Shown: piece after piece, positions 26,169-40,400 of the stretch
Position numbering within the stretch: position 1 is the first letter of the stretch
How the letters are laid out: the number at the start of each line of letters is the position of its first letter
Source of the DNA: Geosiphon pyriformis uo1
Taxonomy: Eukaryota; Fungi; Glomeromycota
DNA: 64,000 bases
Assembly (NCBI GenBank): GCA_016748015.1
Contig: JAAOMT010000372.1
Span: 124,001-188,000 of the forward strand
Direction: 5' to 3'
Notes under the pieces: generated by a model
The model's database searches: none
What the model was told of the DNA's origin: nothing
Seen by the model: only the letters and a program-made list of their open reading frames with translations
Translations under genes and position numbers: made by a program

Positions 26169-26824
26169 ATTAGCTTGAGTATGCCTATTGCCATTGGTTT
26201 TTTTGCGATTTAGACTCAAGAGTACTGGTTCGAGTAAAACGGGAGAATCAATATAACGTTTAAAATATTATACCAAAAAGAAAACTATTGAAAAAAGCAA
26301 CCTTTTTATCAATTGTTATATATAATAGTCAATTCAAAAGAAATCATTATGTTTTTTAAAAAAAATTCCCAAATACAATTTATCACAAATTGTTTAATAC
26401 ATCAATAAAAAATCAATTGATATTTTGAATTTAAAAACCAAAATTATTGACAATGAAAATATTTATTATTTTATAATTCAAATGTTACTTTTAACTGTTC
26501 AAGCCAATCAAACCTATTTTACAATATCATTTTTTTAAAGCTTTTACAAATTATAAAACTATAAAAATTTTTACAAAAATTTTTATATTTTAATATATTA
26601 TACTTATATTAAAATTAGTTTTAATTATAAAAGTATTCAATATTACAATACTGTTGATTTTTTTTTTGCTTAAAATATAGTTCAATTATTAATTATTTTT
26701 ATACAATATAAATATCATATATTAAATATGAATTATGTACAATTGCATATAACCAGCTATTTTTTTAATTATTTTTGTTATTTTAAAAATTATATTATTA
26801 TATTTAAGTATTTTAATATAATTT

Positions 26825-29800
26825 TTTTATTTTTTTATTACATGTTTAAAGAGTGAAGCCCAATCACTATTTAGTACAAAAAGCCAAACTAAGAGGCTCA
26901 AACTAAACATGACTCATACACTTTTTACATGTGGCTAGCCACTCAGACCAGACAAGGCAACACTACACACCTATATAAACCAATACATTACCACCCAAAC
27001 CAAAAAAAAAACCACACAGCCTCTGATGACTAAAGCAAACAGCAAAAGACTCAGTCAGACCAAGCAACCTAACAACACCATTAGACAAAACCGAAAACAC
27101 TCCATAAATAAGCCCAGAAATAACACTGCCATCATGAACCAAACCAGTCTTTTCCATCTTTATCTGGTGAATAGACCTCACCAACCACACTTTAGCACAA
27201 TATAATTCTACAACAAATCTCACAAAGTCAGTAATCCGAGCAATAGCCACCTTTTTATCATCTAAAACACTATATGTTTTCTTATACCACTCATTCAACA
27301 CAAATCTTTTGCAAATCAAAGTGTACAGTCCAATGTTGACGGAACATTAAGATAAAACCCATAGCATGGCAGAAGCAAAAGATCTAGAAACACCAACCAA
27401 AACAGACCAATGAGCAGAAGCCTTAGCCAAAATCTCATCATAAACACCAGACTCATGAGTGCAAGTAAAAGAATGGTCAGAGAACTCCACACCACCACAC
27501 AACAAACACAACACACCAAGGTAACATCTGTCATACAACCTCTTCCTAACCACCACCAGCAATCTTCTGTGGACAGCCTTCATAAGATAAGTTCAAAACA
27601 CTGAAAACTTACGACTAGTGAAACTGGTGAGCATATGAGAATCAGGATGTCACACCATTGCAGTGACAACCCAGTTTATGTGAACAATCATTGCATCCGG
27701 AACTACATTGAAACCAAGACCAGCTTCCCAACAAGCATAACAAACAGAACAAAAAATATCACTAACAAAATAATGGGCATTACTAGAGACAAAAGTATCT
27801 TCAGCAACCAGAAAGTGTTTATGCACTCCAGCCAACAAGGAAAAAGGAGACCCAGAGGCAGTCCCAGCAGCTAAGTTAGCCTCTACATTCTTAGAAACCT
27901 CAGAATAGCCCTTTACCTTAACCCAACTTACACTAAAATCTTTATCCTTAACCAAATTGAAAATATGACGCCTTTCTATCTAGCATTAATAACGAAAATT
28001 GGGGGTAGCCAAAGACATCTCAGACACACAAGCATCAATAGCAGCCTGACTGTTAAGATGTAACACCACAGTACTCGAAAAAACAACACACTCCAAAGAC
28101 AAAACAATGGCCTGTAATTTGGCCATAGTAAATGACAAGAGACTTTGGACAGCAATGCCAACACTCAAATTCAAGGCTGAAAAATAAGCAGTGGCACTAT
28201 TGGCAACCTCAGCAGAACCAAAATTCTTTAAAGATTCATTCATAAAAATCTCAAAAAAACCTGACTACTTGTTATGCAATCCATCCTTCACAGCAGAGAA
28301 CTCTCCAGACCCCAAAATGTCCAAACCAAGCAGCACAGCAGGATCAGCAAAACCAGAAGATAAGAAACCCTTATTCCTCAAAAACTCAGAAGAAACTGCA
28401 AACCAATGAGACACAAGACCATGCAAATCTAACCTCTTTCAATAGCAAAATGTTTTCTAATCCATCAACCCACCCTTTTTATCAAAAAGCCGATTACCAA
28501 AAGCGACACCAAAACACCTAAGAGAGATGACCAAATCAAAATACAGAGACTTCTCAAGAATAGTGAACATAAGAAAGTGACCAGAACTATAAAATGCAAT
28601 AGGGAGATTGTTCACCAGAGATAGCCCATTGTCCAAAAAAATCTTTACCAACCCAGCCAAAAAATTGTTTACTGGACTGACACGCAATCTGATGGGAAAC
28701 TACAGGAGATCTAAAAGAGCCCAACCAAGAACCTGCAAATCTAAAAATCCATGACTAAACAAATGCCCAAGAACACCAGAAACATTGGAAAACATTATTA
28801 AAGCAGCCACCTTTCCTTCAGACTGCACTTGTTCAAAAAGTTTCAGGTCATACAATAATAGATGATGCAAAGTAGCATCAGGAAAATCATGAAGAAGACA
28901 AGCTTTAGATCTGAGACCCTTCCTAACTAAGACATTCCACTTGTGACAAACATTAGAAGAGACAAAACTAAACTGAATACGATAGCTGACAATAGGCTGT
29001 AGGACAGCCAAAACCAAATACAAGAACTGTTTGTCTGTAATCGTCTTTCTAAGTACAACATTGACAAAGAAATGCATATCTGCATAAGCCCTGGCAATAC
29101 TCAGCTTGGACAACCCTTCAGTTAACAAAAAAATACTCAGATAGTGATGAGCTTCACCCTTCTTAGCAATCAAAATTGGCTGACCACAAATACTCAGCTT
29201 AACAATCTTAACACTCTGATTTATGGGAATAGCCACTGTCTTCTCACTGTTGATAGAAATATTATTGATCATAAAAAACTCACTGGCAATATTCAATGCA
29301 TATTGAGTGGAAGCCTGACAATTTCCAACCCAGATTGTATCATCAACAAATGCACCAGCTAAAAAGTACAAAGTCAAACCACTACCACTCTCAATTCTGC
29401 CAGTTTTCGAAACAAACTTAGTATCAATTTGGTATCCACACAATTGTTCATGCCTCTTAACCTTACACAAAAGCAGATCATAAAAGATCCTCCACAGAAG
29501 AGGTGAAAAAACCTCACCCTGATCTAGTCCATCATGTACCTTGTAATCACCAGATAGACCAAAGTCAGTTATTACCCTGTTAATTCTATCTTTGTAAATA
29601 CCACCAAAAAACCTAATGAACTTCTTACACATCTTGATACACCACAAGCTAGCCCTCAAATAGTACCACCTAACTGAATCATAAGCCTTCTGCATATCCT
29701 GCAAAACCAACCAAATCTCTCAATTTTTTTCAAGAGCATCTTCAACCACTGAGTCGACAGTAAACACCAGAGATTGTGTAGATGTACCTTTCAACACCGA

Positions 29801-32168
29801 AAAATTGTCATCCTGAAGAATGTCAAACTTGCTGCAAGCCACCAAAATATGATCAGACAGAATCTTAGACAGAATTTTCCTGGCAGTTTCAATCAAAGCA
29901 ATGGACTGAGTGTTCATAAAAACCTCATCCCAGTCATAAGGCTTAGGGATCATTGAAACCCACACTCTTTTCCACAAAACAGGCATCACACCAGCAGTCA
30001 AACACACATTAAATAGTGCTAATATGCACCCCAAAACTACCTCACCACCATGTTTTTACAACTTATTCAGAATACCAGACAAACCAGCAGTCTTGTTATC
30101 AGACAGACCACTAATGACAGAAAGCAACTCACTCATGTCAACTTTGTGCATAACCCCAGAAAAAGCATCATCTTAAACATAGCTTAATGGTGCATACTAC
30201 TGAGCCCAAAGATCAGGAATCACTGCATGCACTGATTGTTTTCTTGTCCATCCTTCCATTATTTTGTCCACATTTGCCTTCACCTCTTTAGGCTCCAAAA
30301 CCAATTCATCATCAACCATCAGGTGATCCAACACTACCTTGTGAAAGGGTCTGTCCAACACACTCCTGATCATACTACTTTTGTCTGAACAGAAATTTTT
30401 CATGTGCCTATTAATTGCCTTCCTAATAGAAGCTTCCTCAACAAACCTCGACTCCAACATCTTTGCCTTCCTGTAATCTTTGTGGACCAACGACAAATGC
30501 TTTACAATAACAACAGATTTGACACCCAAGCTAATCAAGTCTCTGAAGGCACAAGCCTTGGCATTATCCAGAGTTAACCACTTACTCACAAGAAGATCAA
30601 CATCAAACAAACCACCAGAGCAAAATTTCTTGACAATCTTGACCACCAACAATTCCAAACCAAAAAACTTGGAAGAATGTCTGTTTTTCAAACACCCAAA
30701 TTTGCTGAACCAATGTCTTGAAAACATCTCATCTGCAGATCCTAATACAGTTTCCTATAACATCACCCACATAGCATCCACATTATCACGTGCTTCAGCA
30801 CCAGAGAACACATTACCCAATGACAAGATTTTTGCTAAGGAGAGATCCCTAAACTTAGTCTATTTAGCACTGTTAGCATCTTTGAACTTGAATTTCCAAT
30901 GATCCCTATTCACTTGCTTGTACAAGCTATTCAATTAAACATTCAGGAGCCCACCCAAACCAATTAACACCATAACTGTCCTGTGATTAGTGTCAAAAAA
31001 ATCTGAAACAGAGACTGTCTGATGACCAACAACAGCAGAAAACAAGCTGCCACTAACAAAAATGTAATCAATTGTCTTCACAACCCCTCTTGAATTGCTC
31101 CATGTATGAGAACCAACTGAATAATAACCGCCAAATGAATTGACCAAACCCAAATCCAAACAGAACTTGAAACTCACACTTCTATCAGATCCATTCTCAT
31201 TGAAGTCTCCACCTAAGACAACATGAGTGCTGGAGTTGACAGCTTTTGTAATGAGAGAGTTAATCTCAGAAGCCTGACCAAATCTAGCTCCAGAAGAGGC
31301 ACCAGCATATAATTCCAAAAGAGTAACTGAAAGCTTGCCTTTAAATAAGAGCTGAACAGAAACAACTCTATCTGGAACCTTCTCTACCTTAGAAACATGA
31401 TAAGCCAAGAAATTGTCCATGATTATAGCAACATCAACACCAATAAAACTTTTATCCAATTCTGAAGAAAAAATTCACACTCCATTAAACTTATTCGCAA
31501 TCTATGGTCTAGTAGAAGACCTTAACTTTGTTTTTATGATGAATGAGACCAAATTGCCAGAATCTTGATGCCAACATACAACATCCTCCTGCTTGGTAGG
31601 GACATTGATTCCATGAACATTACACATAGCAAATTTCCAAACCAGACCACTTATTGGGATAAATGAGGTAAAGAGGGACCCAAACCAGAACACAAGAGAT
31701 TCAATTTTGCCAAAACAGAACTGACTGAAGCCTCTATAGCTGACATTTTAGACTCCAAGCCACCTATCTTGGTGGTCAGAATCTTTGAACTATTTGAATT
31801 AAAACCAGTACCTAACTCAACACTCGAGGGAAGGAGAGAGGACAAAGCCAACACACTATCTAAAGCCATATCCGAATCCAAAACAGGAGCCACTGGCACA
31901 AAGCTGTACCAGAAGATGATATTATGGGCACCAATTCAATAAAACTCAATTTTCTAAGAATACCAGAAATCTTGTTAGCCAGAAGTTTAAGAGATTGCTC
32001 CAAAGATGCCAAATAAGCAACCAAGAGAGACTTATTAAATAGGAAAAAGAGAGCACCACCACCCAACCCTGAAGCACCAGACAAAGAGAAACCTAAACCA
32101 CAACCAAAGCCAGAAAGAAAGCTACTTAAAAAGAAAGCAAAAGAGACTACTTGAGCCCACAATTTGCC
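26825..32168 (-). mobile_element. LINE (non-LTR), 5'-truncated within ORF1; ORF2 APE-RT-RNase H-Zn knuckle, degenerate
   Basis: APE 'MCNVHGIN', 'LGGDFN', 'TIDYIF'; RT 'DMQKAYDSV', 'QGEVFSPLLW', 'AFVDDT'; RNase H 'KLQAI...NSQAAI...WVKVKG'; CLLC..DH..C; degenerate polyA at 26822-26836; TSD aatataattt (26815-24 and 32169-78). Confidence 0.92.
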
Positions 32169-32616
32169 AATATAATTTAAAAATAAATAAAAATATTATT
32201 AAATTCTAAATAAAAAAAAATCTTTCAAGAAAATATTTAAAATTATAAAAATAATTATTAATAATTTAATAATTTAATAACCAATTTAAACATATAAAAC
32301 ATTAATTAATTAGTTTAAAATAATAATAAAAATAAAAATAAATAAATATTTTTACATACATAATTAATTATTTAAGTTAATTAAAACTATATTATATTAA
32401 ATCCACAAAAATAACTTATTTAAAACAATTATTTTATATATAATTACAACATTATTATTATTATTAAAAACCAAACTAATTATTTAAATATTAGTTTTAT
32501 TTATATTAAATTTAATATTAAAAATTAAAAATTTTAATTATTATTATTAATAAACTTTTATTATAATTTTTTTTTATTAACAAATACAGCCCAATTATTA
32601 CTTAAAAACATATAAT

Positions 32617-33939
32617 AGTGTTCGGGGTTTGGTGTCATCTACTTTGGCAGAATTGCAGGCTATAGTGTTGGCTCTGGAGTGTGTATTTGTGGCTTGCTTT
32701 GTTTGTCTGTTTTCAGACAGTCAGACAGCCTTGGATGCTTGCATGTCAGAGGTTGACTTGGTGTATCCTGACTTTCACAATCAGTACTGGGTCGAGTGCT
32801 GACATATTAGGAATGTTATTTACAGTAAGAATTTAAGGGTTAGCTGGCACAAGATTAAGGGTCACTCTGGTGTATTGGGGAATGATTGAGCTGACAGCAT
32901 TACTAATGCTGCAACTCTCTATAATTGGTTTCTCCCTCCTTGTGTTGATGAACGTTTTTTGTTGGCAGATAATGATATTGTGTCTGGTAATTCTAAACAC
33001 TTTGTTCAAAACGTTTTTCATGCTGTTTGTCGGGCACGTTGGAAGGTCGGTTCCAGTTTTGGGTTTCTACCTAGAGATTTGTACTTGGATGTTGATTGGC
33101 CTAGTTCTTTTAGGGTTTGGCATCCTGATTTGCATATGGCAACAGGTTTCACCAGCAGGCGCACCACTAATGTTCGTACTTACTTAATGAAGACTTTGTA
33201 CCATTGGCTTCCCGTGGCTGTTCGAAAGCATATTTATGATAGATGTTACCCAAGTGTTCTGTGTCTGTATTGTGGTGAGATGGAGGTATCTGATCATGTG
33301 TTTTCTTATGTAATTGATGATTCAGCTCATTGTGGGGTTTTGGAATCCTGTATGTCTTCTTGGAAGACAATTTCTGGTCTTTCTCTCTCTTTTTTTAATG
33401 TATTGCAGCTGCTGTTGACCTGTGCTTCAGATTTCTTAGTGTTCTCAGCTCTTTACAAGGGTTTTGTTTTCAGAGGATGGTTTCGAGAGGCTGTTTCTGT
33501 CTTCCATGATCCCAAGGTTGCTGGCATTAAGATTACTGATTTTGTATACTCTCTTTATGTCACTTTCAGGAATAACATTTGGTTGGTCTGTGCCAAGCAT
33601 CACACATACATAGAAAAGAATGGCCTGATTCCAGTGGATGGCTCAATTCCTGTCTTGGTTTCTGGTTTGGTTTTGAGGTTTTCAGGTGGTGTGGTTAAAT
33701 TGCTTGGTATTGCTGAAGCTTTTGGTGTCCATTTTGGTTTTTGCAAATCTTGTTCATTTTTCTTAGATATTGGTGACTCGATTTCTGTTAATATAGATGT
33801 GTAGTGTTGTCCTGACTGGCTCGAGTGGCTGGTCACATGTAAAAAGTGCATGATTCACGCTTAGTTTAGATTATTTCTTTGATGTATAGTTCTAAGTTGC
33901 ATTTGGACTTCACTCATTAAATATAAAAAAAAAAAAAAA
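32617..33939 (+). mobile_element. 5'-truncated LINE of the same clade (RNase H half + Zn knuckle + 3' UTR + polyA)
   Basis: SSTLAELQAI...WHKIKGHSG; CLYCGEMEVSDH; A15 tail; 13-bp TSD aaaaacatataat (32604-16 and 33935-47) at a TT/AAAA site. Confidence 0.92.
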
Positions 33940-34454
33940 CATATAATCATACAAAATCTTATATTAAGTATGGTTTATGCTTTTTCTATATATGACCAGT
34001 TATTTAAACCAATTAAGATAACACTATACACCTAAATTACCTATTACAAAAAAGTTGCATAAAAAACCAAATTGCGCACTAATTAAACAAAGATATAGAT
34101 TAAAGCAAATATGAATGTTTAGCTTGATGCCAAAATTATAAATCATTTTATGAAACCACACAGAAACTAAACCAATCATAGCCAAAATCATAAATCTATT
34201 ATGTAATAATAAGCTATGTTTCTCATAATATGCTTTTAATTTGGCTGTTAATAGTTATATAACAGATTTGTGACTCTTAATAAAATGCTAAACCAAATTA
34301 ATAACTAATGATCTATTATTTAATTTATCTTCTAATAAACTTGCCATTTCAATTGCTTAATTTTTTATTACAAAATTTTTAACTAATAATATATATAAAC
34401 AATTAGAAAATTCAGCTTTATGAAATAAATAGATTACTATACAGTTAAAAATAC

Positions 34455-37400
34455 TGTTATAGTTGAAACCCATAATTTTTATTAGTTATCACATGTATTA
34501 GTTACTAATATCATATAATTAGCCATTCTATTTTTAGATAGTGATCATTGACCTGATCAATGACCTGACCATTGACCACTTTCAATAGCTATATAAGCAA
34601 TGAGTCTCTTAACTGTAGAAAATCATCTCTTAGACAAGAATCAAATAAATAAAAATAACAACTTTCATCTCAATCACTCTCTTATCGCTAATTTCTCTTT
34701 TCCTACCTTTAAGTATCTGAACATCTTAGGATAAAAGATTACTTGTTGGCCTTTTCTTAACGTATATAATTGTAGCATTTGAAAATTATTTGAATAAATG
34801 TGACTGAAAAGCACAAGTTGATACCTGATATTGAATTCTAAGAGTGTTGACATGAGGCATAGAATTATACCAGTGGTAATCAATTGTTGACAGTATGAAC
34901 TATCCCTCTACCTTCAAATTCCCCAGTTACCTTTGAAAAAAATAGCGACTGAAATATTTTATGAGACTGATTTCGCACATTGAATCCATACTCATTCAAT
35001 TCACTTTTTAAAGTTGAATCCTCTTTGATTATTTTCATTATCCTACAATTCTGTTCTCCCTTGTTATCTATTAGCTTGTTACTTCAACCCATAACATAAA
35101 AATAGTGCTCCCTGTGAGGTTGTCAAAATTCACTTGTTTTTTTATTGTATGGGTGATTATTCATACCTACCACAACAATCAGCAGAATACTTTGAAGCAT
35201 ACAACAGAAACAATCTAGACTTTATTGAACTCAATCCTTTGCCATCTTGCTTGATTTGCTTCCCTCTTAAAAAACAATCTAGTAGACAATTCCAAGACTT
35301 TTGGAACTGGTTCCTGAATGAGCATTTAGCTGAAACCTATACAGCCTACACAATTTATTACTTTGACCAAACTTACTTTAAAAACAACTTTGAAGAAAGA
35401 AACAATAATATCAATCAGCTCTTATACTCAGCAACCTTTGAACAACAACCTTCTGAATTCGAATATCTAAATCACCAAATTCACATCTGGATTGCTGCCC
35501 ATCAATCAGCTAAAACCTCTTTTGAAACAGAAGAAAAAAGTTACCAAACTGGTCCTATTTTTGATTTCTTCCCAAGTGATTCAAATCATTCCACTCAAAC
35601 AGTAACTCCTGAACCAATAGCCCAAGATCCAATGCAAGCAAACATCCTAGCCGCCCTCCAAGGCATACAAACTGCTTTGGGGCGAAGAAACAACACCCCA
35701 TTACCATTATTCAGAAATGATGCACAAGATCCAATTGAATAGTTAGACAATTTTGAAAGAGCAGCTACTGCCAACCAATATGATAATGAGTACAAGTTCC
35801 AAATTATTGGTGGCTACCTTCAAGGCTCTCCTGCCACATGGTTTTCACAAAAAACCAATGCCAATGTCCAGCACAGAATTATCAGATGGACACCAGCAGA
35901 TACAGGAAAAAACAATACCTCTTTTACTACCCAGTTTGAAAACAAGTTCAGAACTCCAATCTTAATATCTAAATGGCGCATGAAACTGGAAAGAAGAATC
36001 CAAGATCCTGGTAAAGTTGTAATCAAATATGCCAAAGCAATCAGAAAGTTAATCAAGCAAGTAGACTCTAGAAGGAACTGGACAGAAGAACAAAAGATTC
36101 ACTTCTTTACAAAAAAATTGAGAACTGACTTATCTTATGCTCTTTGGCCTCTTTTGGCTCTGAAAGACAACCCTACAATAGATATGGCTATTGAACTCAT
36201 CCAAAGAATTGAAGATAACCAAAGGATGCATCTGGGATTCACACTTTCAGTTTTCGCTCCTGCTATTATTATAGCCCCTGCTCCTTAAGTAGCTGCTACT
36301 TTTTTTGCTGCCCAAACCCAAGACCCAAATGAACAATTGATAGATAGACTCACAGCTAACCTTGCTCGGTTATTAGAACCATTGGCACAAACAGTCAGAG
36401 ATAACCAGCAACCACCAAAACCTAGATATAAATTTTGTTTTAACCAGCCCCAGCAATCTCCCTATCAAAGACAGCAAAATTGTGGCCCACCTGTGTACTA
36501 TCATTGTGGATTAACTGGACATTATTCAAGAGATTGTAACAATCCTTCACTGTCTTCTCCAGCTCCCAGAAACAATAACAACCAAAACAACAAACCCAAC
36601 AACAACAACAATGTCCCCAATCAAAGACCCAATCATGCCAACATCAATTTCTTTAAAGAGGATCCTCTAATTGAAGCCACTATTTATTAGCCTTTAAACT
36701 GGTAGGCGCATCTCCAAAGAGTGAGAGTGCAAGCCAACCAGAAAAAAACCTCTTTTATGCTTTTAACTTAACTGATGATAACCATGACATGGATGAACTA
36801 GCAATCAACACCTCAGAACCAACCAGAAAGAAGAAAAAATCCAAGGTTGATTTTGTTCTAGACCTCAACAAAGCCTCAACTTCTGCTGCTGATAACAATG
36901 AACCACCAAAGGCTAAAGTTTTTAAGAATCCTTCCAAGTTGGAACTCCCAGAAATTGTACAAAAATCTGGATCCTATTCCATTGTCAAAGATCTTATGAA
37001 AACCCCAGCACATATTACCTTTGGCCAGTTAATGATCTACCCACAGTTCAGAAAGAATCTTCGCAAATCCTTGATTCTAAAGAAGAAGACACCAAAAACC
37101 AACAAGTGTCTTCACCAAGCTGAACTTGCTGACAATAGCAATGTCACCCCTCTGATTTGTAAAGCCCAAGTGGCTGAATACTTCATTGACTTAATTCTAG
37201 ACAGTGGATCATCTGTTAGTGTCATTGCCAAACACTTCTTGGAAGCAATTGGTAGAAAGATTAATGAACCTTCCACCAGACCAATGACCAATGTACATGG
37301 TGACAAAAAGAAAAGACTGGGTATTGCCAAAGCTGTTCCTGTCCACATCAATGGAATCAGCATTGAAACTGACATAGAAGTTTGTGAAGCCAAAGAATAC

Positions 37401-40400
37401 ACCATCATTGTTGGCAATGAATGGCTCAAGAAAGCAAAAGCTTTGCTTGATTATGAACTTTGTGAATTAACCATCAGATGTGATGAGAAACCCATTGTGG
37501 TTAAGTGTTGCCATTGGACAACTTCCCCAGTACTCAAACAAAACCAAGAAGAAGAACAATCAGATGAATCAGATGATGAAGAAAGCAATGAAAAAAAAGA
37601 ACAAGAAAAGCAAGAAGAAACTGCTGAACTCACCTATATCACCTTCACTAGCAATGACAAACCACTGGACAATGTTAAAGCAGACAAAAAAGGAATTATT
37701 GTAAATGGCAAGCTGATCTGCTGGCCTTATTATGATATTCTTAGAAGAACCTTTGAAAGAAAACCTGGCAAGAAAGCCAAATACAGTTTTTGGTAGCATG
37801 GTCCTTGTGCTTAGTGTTGGTGCAACAAACCCTTATATTCTCCAAGTGATGAATACAAATCATGCCTGATCTATTACAGAGATTGGGAACCAATCAGTTT
37901 GATACCCAGAGAAAAATTGAAAGAAGTACAGAAGTCTTTTAAGAATAAACCACCTAAGATCCAATCACTGATTGTAGAACAAAAAAAACTCTCCCCAGAA
38001 GAAAGAAAAATAGACATTGAAAATTTGCTGGCTAGAAATAGTCTAGTTATCTCCAAAGAAGATGATACCCCTGGACATACCCATGTGATACAACACACCA
38101 TCACCACCAGAGAAACTTGACCCATCTATTTGAAGCCTTATCAATCCAATTGGCACAATGATGAATTTATCAAGAAAGAGATAAACTGGATAAAAGAACT
38201 TGGATTCATACAAGAAACCAAGAGTGAATGGGCTTTCCCAGTTGTAGTGGTATTCAAGAAAGGTGGAACACTACACTTCTGTGTTGACTACCACCAATTA
38301 AATGCCATCACTGAAAGAGACATGTACCCACTTCCCAAGATTGATGCAATGTTAGACCAATTCAAAGATGCTGCTTTCTTCTCAACCATTGACTTAACTG
38401 CTGGATTCTGGCAAGTAGAGATGGATCCAGAAAGCAGAAAAAAAACTGCCTTTATTACCAAGTATGGTACTTATGAATTCACAGTCATGCCTTTTGGTTT
38501 CACCAATGCCCCTCCCACCTTTCAATGCTTAATAGATAAAGTATTTGAATCAGTCAAAAAAAACTTTGTTCTAGTCTATTTGGACAACATAATGGTATAC
38601 TCAAAAACCTGGGATGAACACCTGGAACATTTGCAAAAGGTTTTTGACCTCCTCAGAAATGCTGGCCTCAAGATCAACCCAATCAAATCTTTCTTTGGAA
38701 GACAATCCACCCAGTTCCTTGGTTATTTTATTACAAAAGATGGAATCTTTTCTGACCCAGCCAAAGTTGAAAAAGTCCAAAACATTAAACAACCAATGAA
38801 CATTCATGAACTACGCTCTTTTCTTGGTTTGGCCTCTTATTATTGCAAAATTGTCAAGGATTTCTCCAAAATTGCCTCTTCTCTCAATCAGCTACTCAGA
38901 AAAAATGTCAATTACCATTGGAGAACACATCAGCAAAAAGCCTTTGAAACTTTAAAAGAAAAACTGGTTACAGAATCCATNNNNNNNNNNNNNNNNNNNN
39001 TTGCAAAAGGTTTTTGACCTCCTCAGAAATGCTGGCCTCAAGATCAACCCAATCAAATCTTTCTTTGGAAGACAATCCACCCAGTTCCTTGGTTATTTTA
39101 TTACAAAAGATGGAATCTTTTCTGACCCAGCCAAAGTTGAAAAAGTCCAAAACATTAAACAACCAATGAACATTCATGAACTACGCTCTTTTCTTGGTTT
39201 GGCCTCTTATTATTGCAAAATTGTCAAGGATTTCTCCAAAATTGCCTCTTCTCTCAATCAGCTACTCAGAAAAAATGTCAATTACCATTGGAGAACACAT
39301 CAGCAAAAAGCCTTTGAAACTTTAAAAGAAAAACTGGTTACAGAATCCATCTTCAAGCAACCTGATCTAGATCGACTCTTTATTCTCCACACTGATGCAT
39401 CTGGCTTTGGACTTGGTGCTGTTCTCTTCCAGAAAGATGAAGATGGCAAAGAACATGCTATAGCCTATGCCAGTAGAACCCTTTCCCCAGCAGAACAGAA
39501 TTATTCAGTCACTAAACAAGAATGCTTAGCAGTAATATGGTCCACCAGTTACTGGAGTAAGTATCTTTTTGGTGTGAAGTTTTTGGTGGTAACAGATCAT
39601 CAAGCTTTGGTTTGGCTGCACAACAAAAAGAGGCTAGAACACAAATGGATAACTCAATGGATACTCCACTTGGATGAATTCGATTATAATATTCAACATC
39701 ACAAAGGAGCTAATCATCAAAATGCCAACGCTCTTTCCAGACTTACCATCCAGTGACAGAACAACTCTCTCAAACCAAACCAACTTAATTATTAGTAATT
39801 TCCTTTTTGACAAACACAATAATAGACTTGGACAACTACTCTGCCTTAATAGAATTTTTGGGTAAAGGACAATACCCACTGAAATACACATGACAACAAA
39901 GAGAACATTTGTGCAAACAATCAAATTTCTATTTGATTTGCCAGAACCAACTTTATAAAAGAAATAGAAAAAATTCTGACTGCTCCCAGAAAGTCATCAG
40001 ATTTGAAGAAAAAGAAATTGTGATCTACAATATGTACACTGATCCATTAGCTGGACACTTTGGAAAAACAAAAACAATTTAGAAAACTCTAGCTCGCTAT
40101 TATTAGTCTATCTTAGAAAAAAACATTGCTGAATACATCAAAACCTGTAATATCTGCCAAAGAAAAAGAAAACCCAATCGCATAGAAGATATCCATCCAA
40201 TTTTTGTTAGTCAACCCTTTGACAGAATTGGTATAGATGTTGTTGGATCTTTAACAATAACTCCTGATGGCAACAAATATATTATTACAGCTACTGACTA
40301 TCTTACAAAGTAGGTAGAAGCAAGAGCCACTTCAGACCAAACAGCAGTCTCAATAGCCAATTTCATTTATGAAGATATTATTTGTCACCATGGCTGCCCC

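Noticed and set aside
38631-39350. Apparent duplicated RT segment in B3
   Set aside because: Same artefact: identical ~350 bp flanking a 20-N gap.
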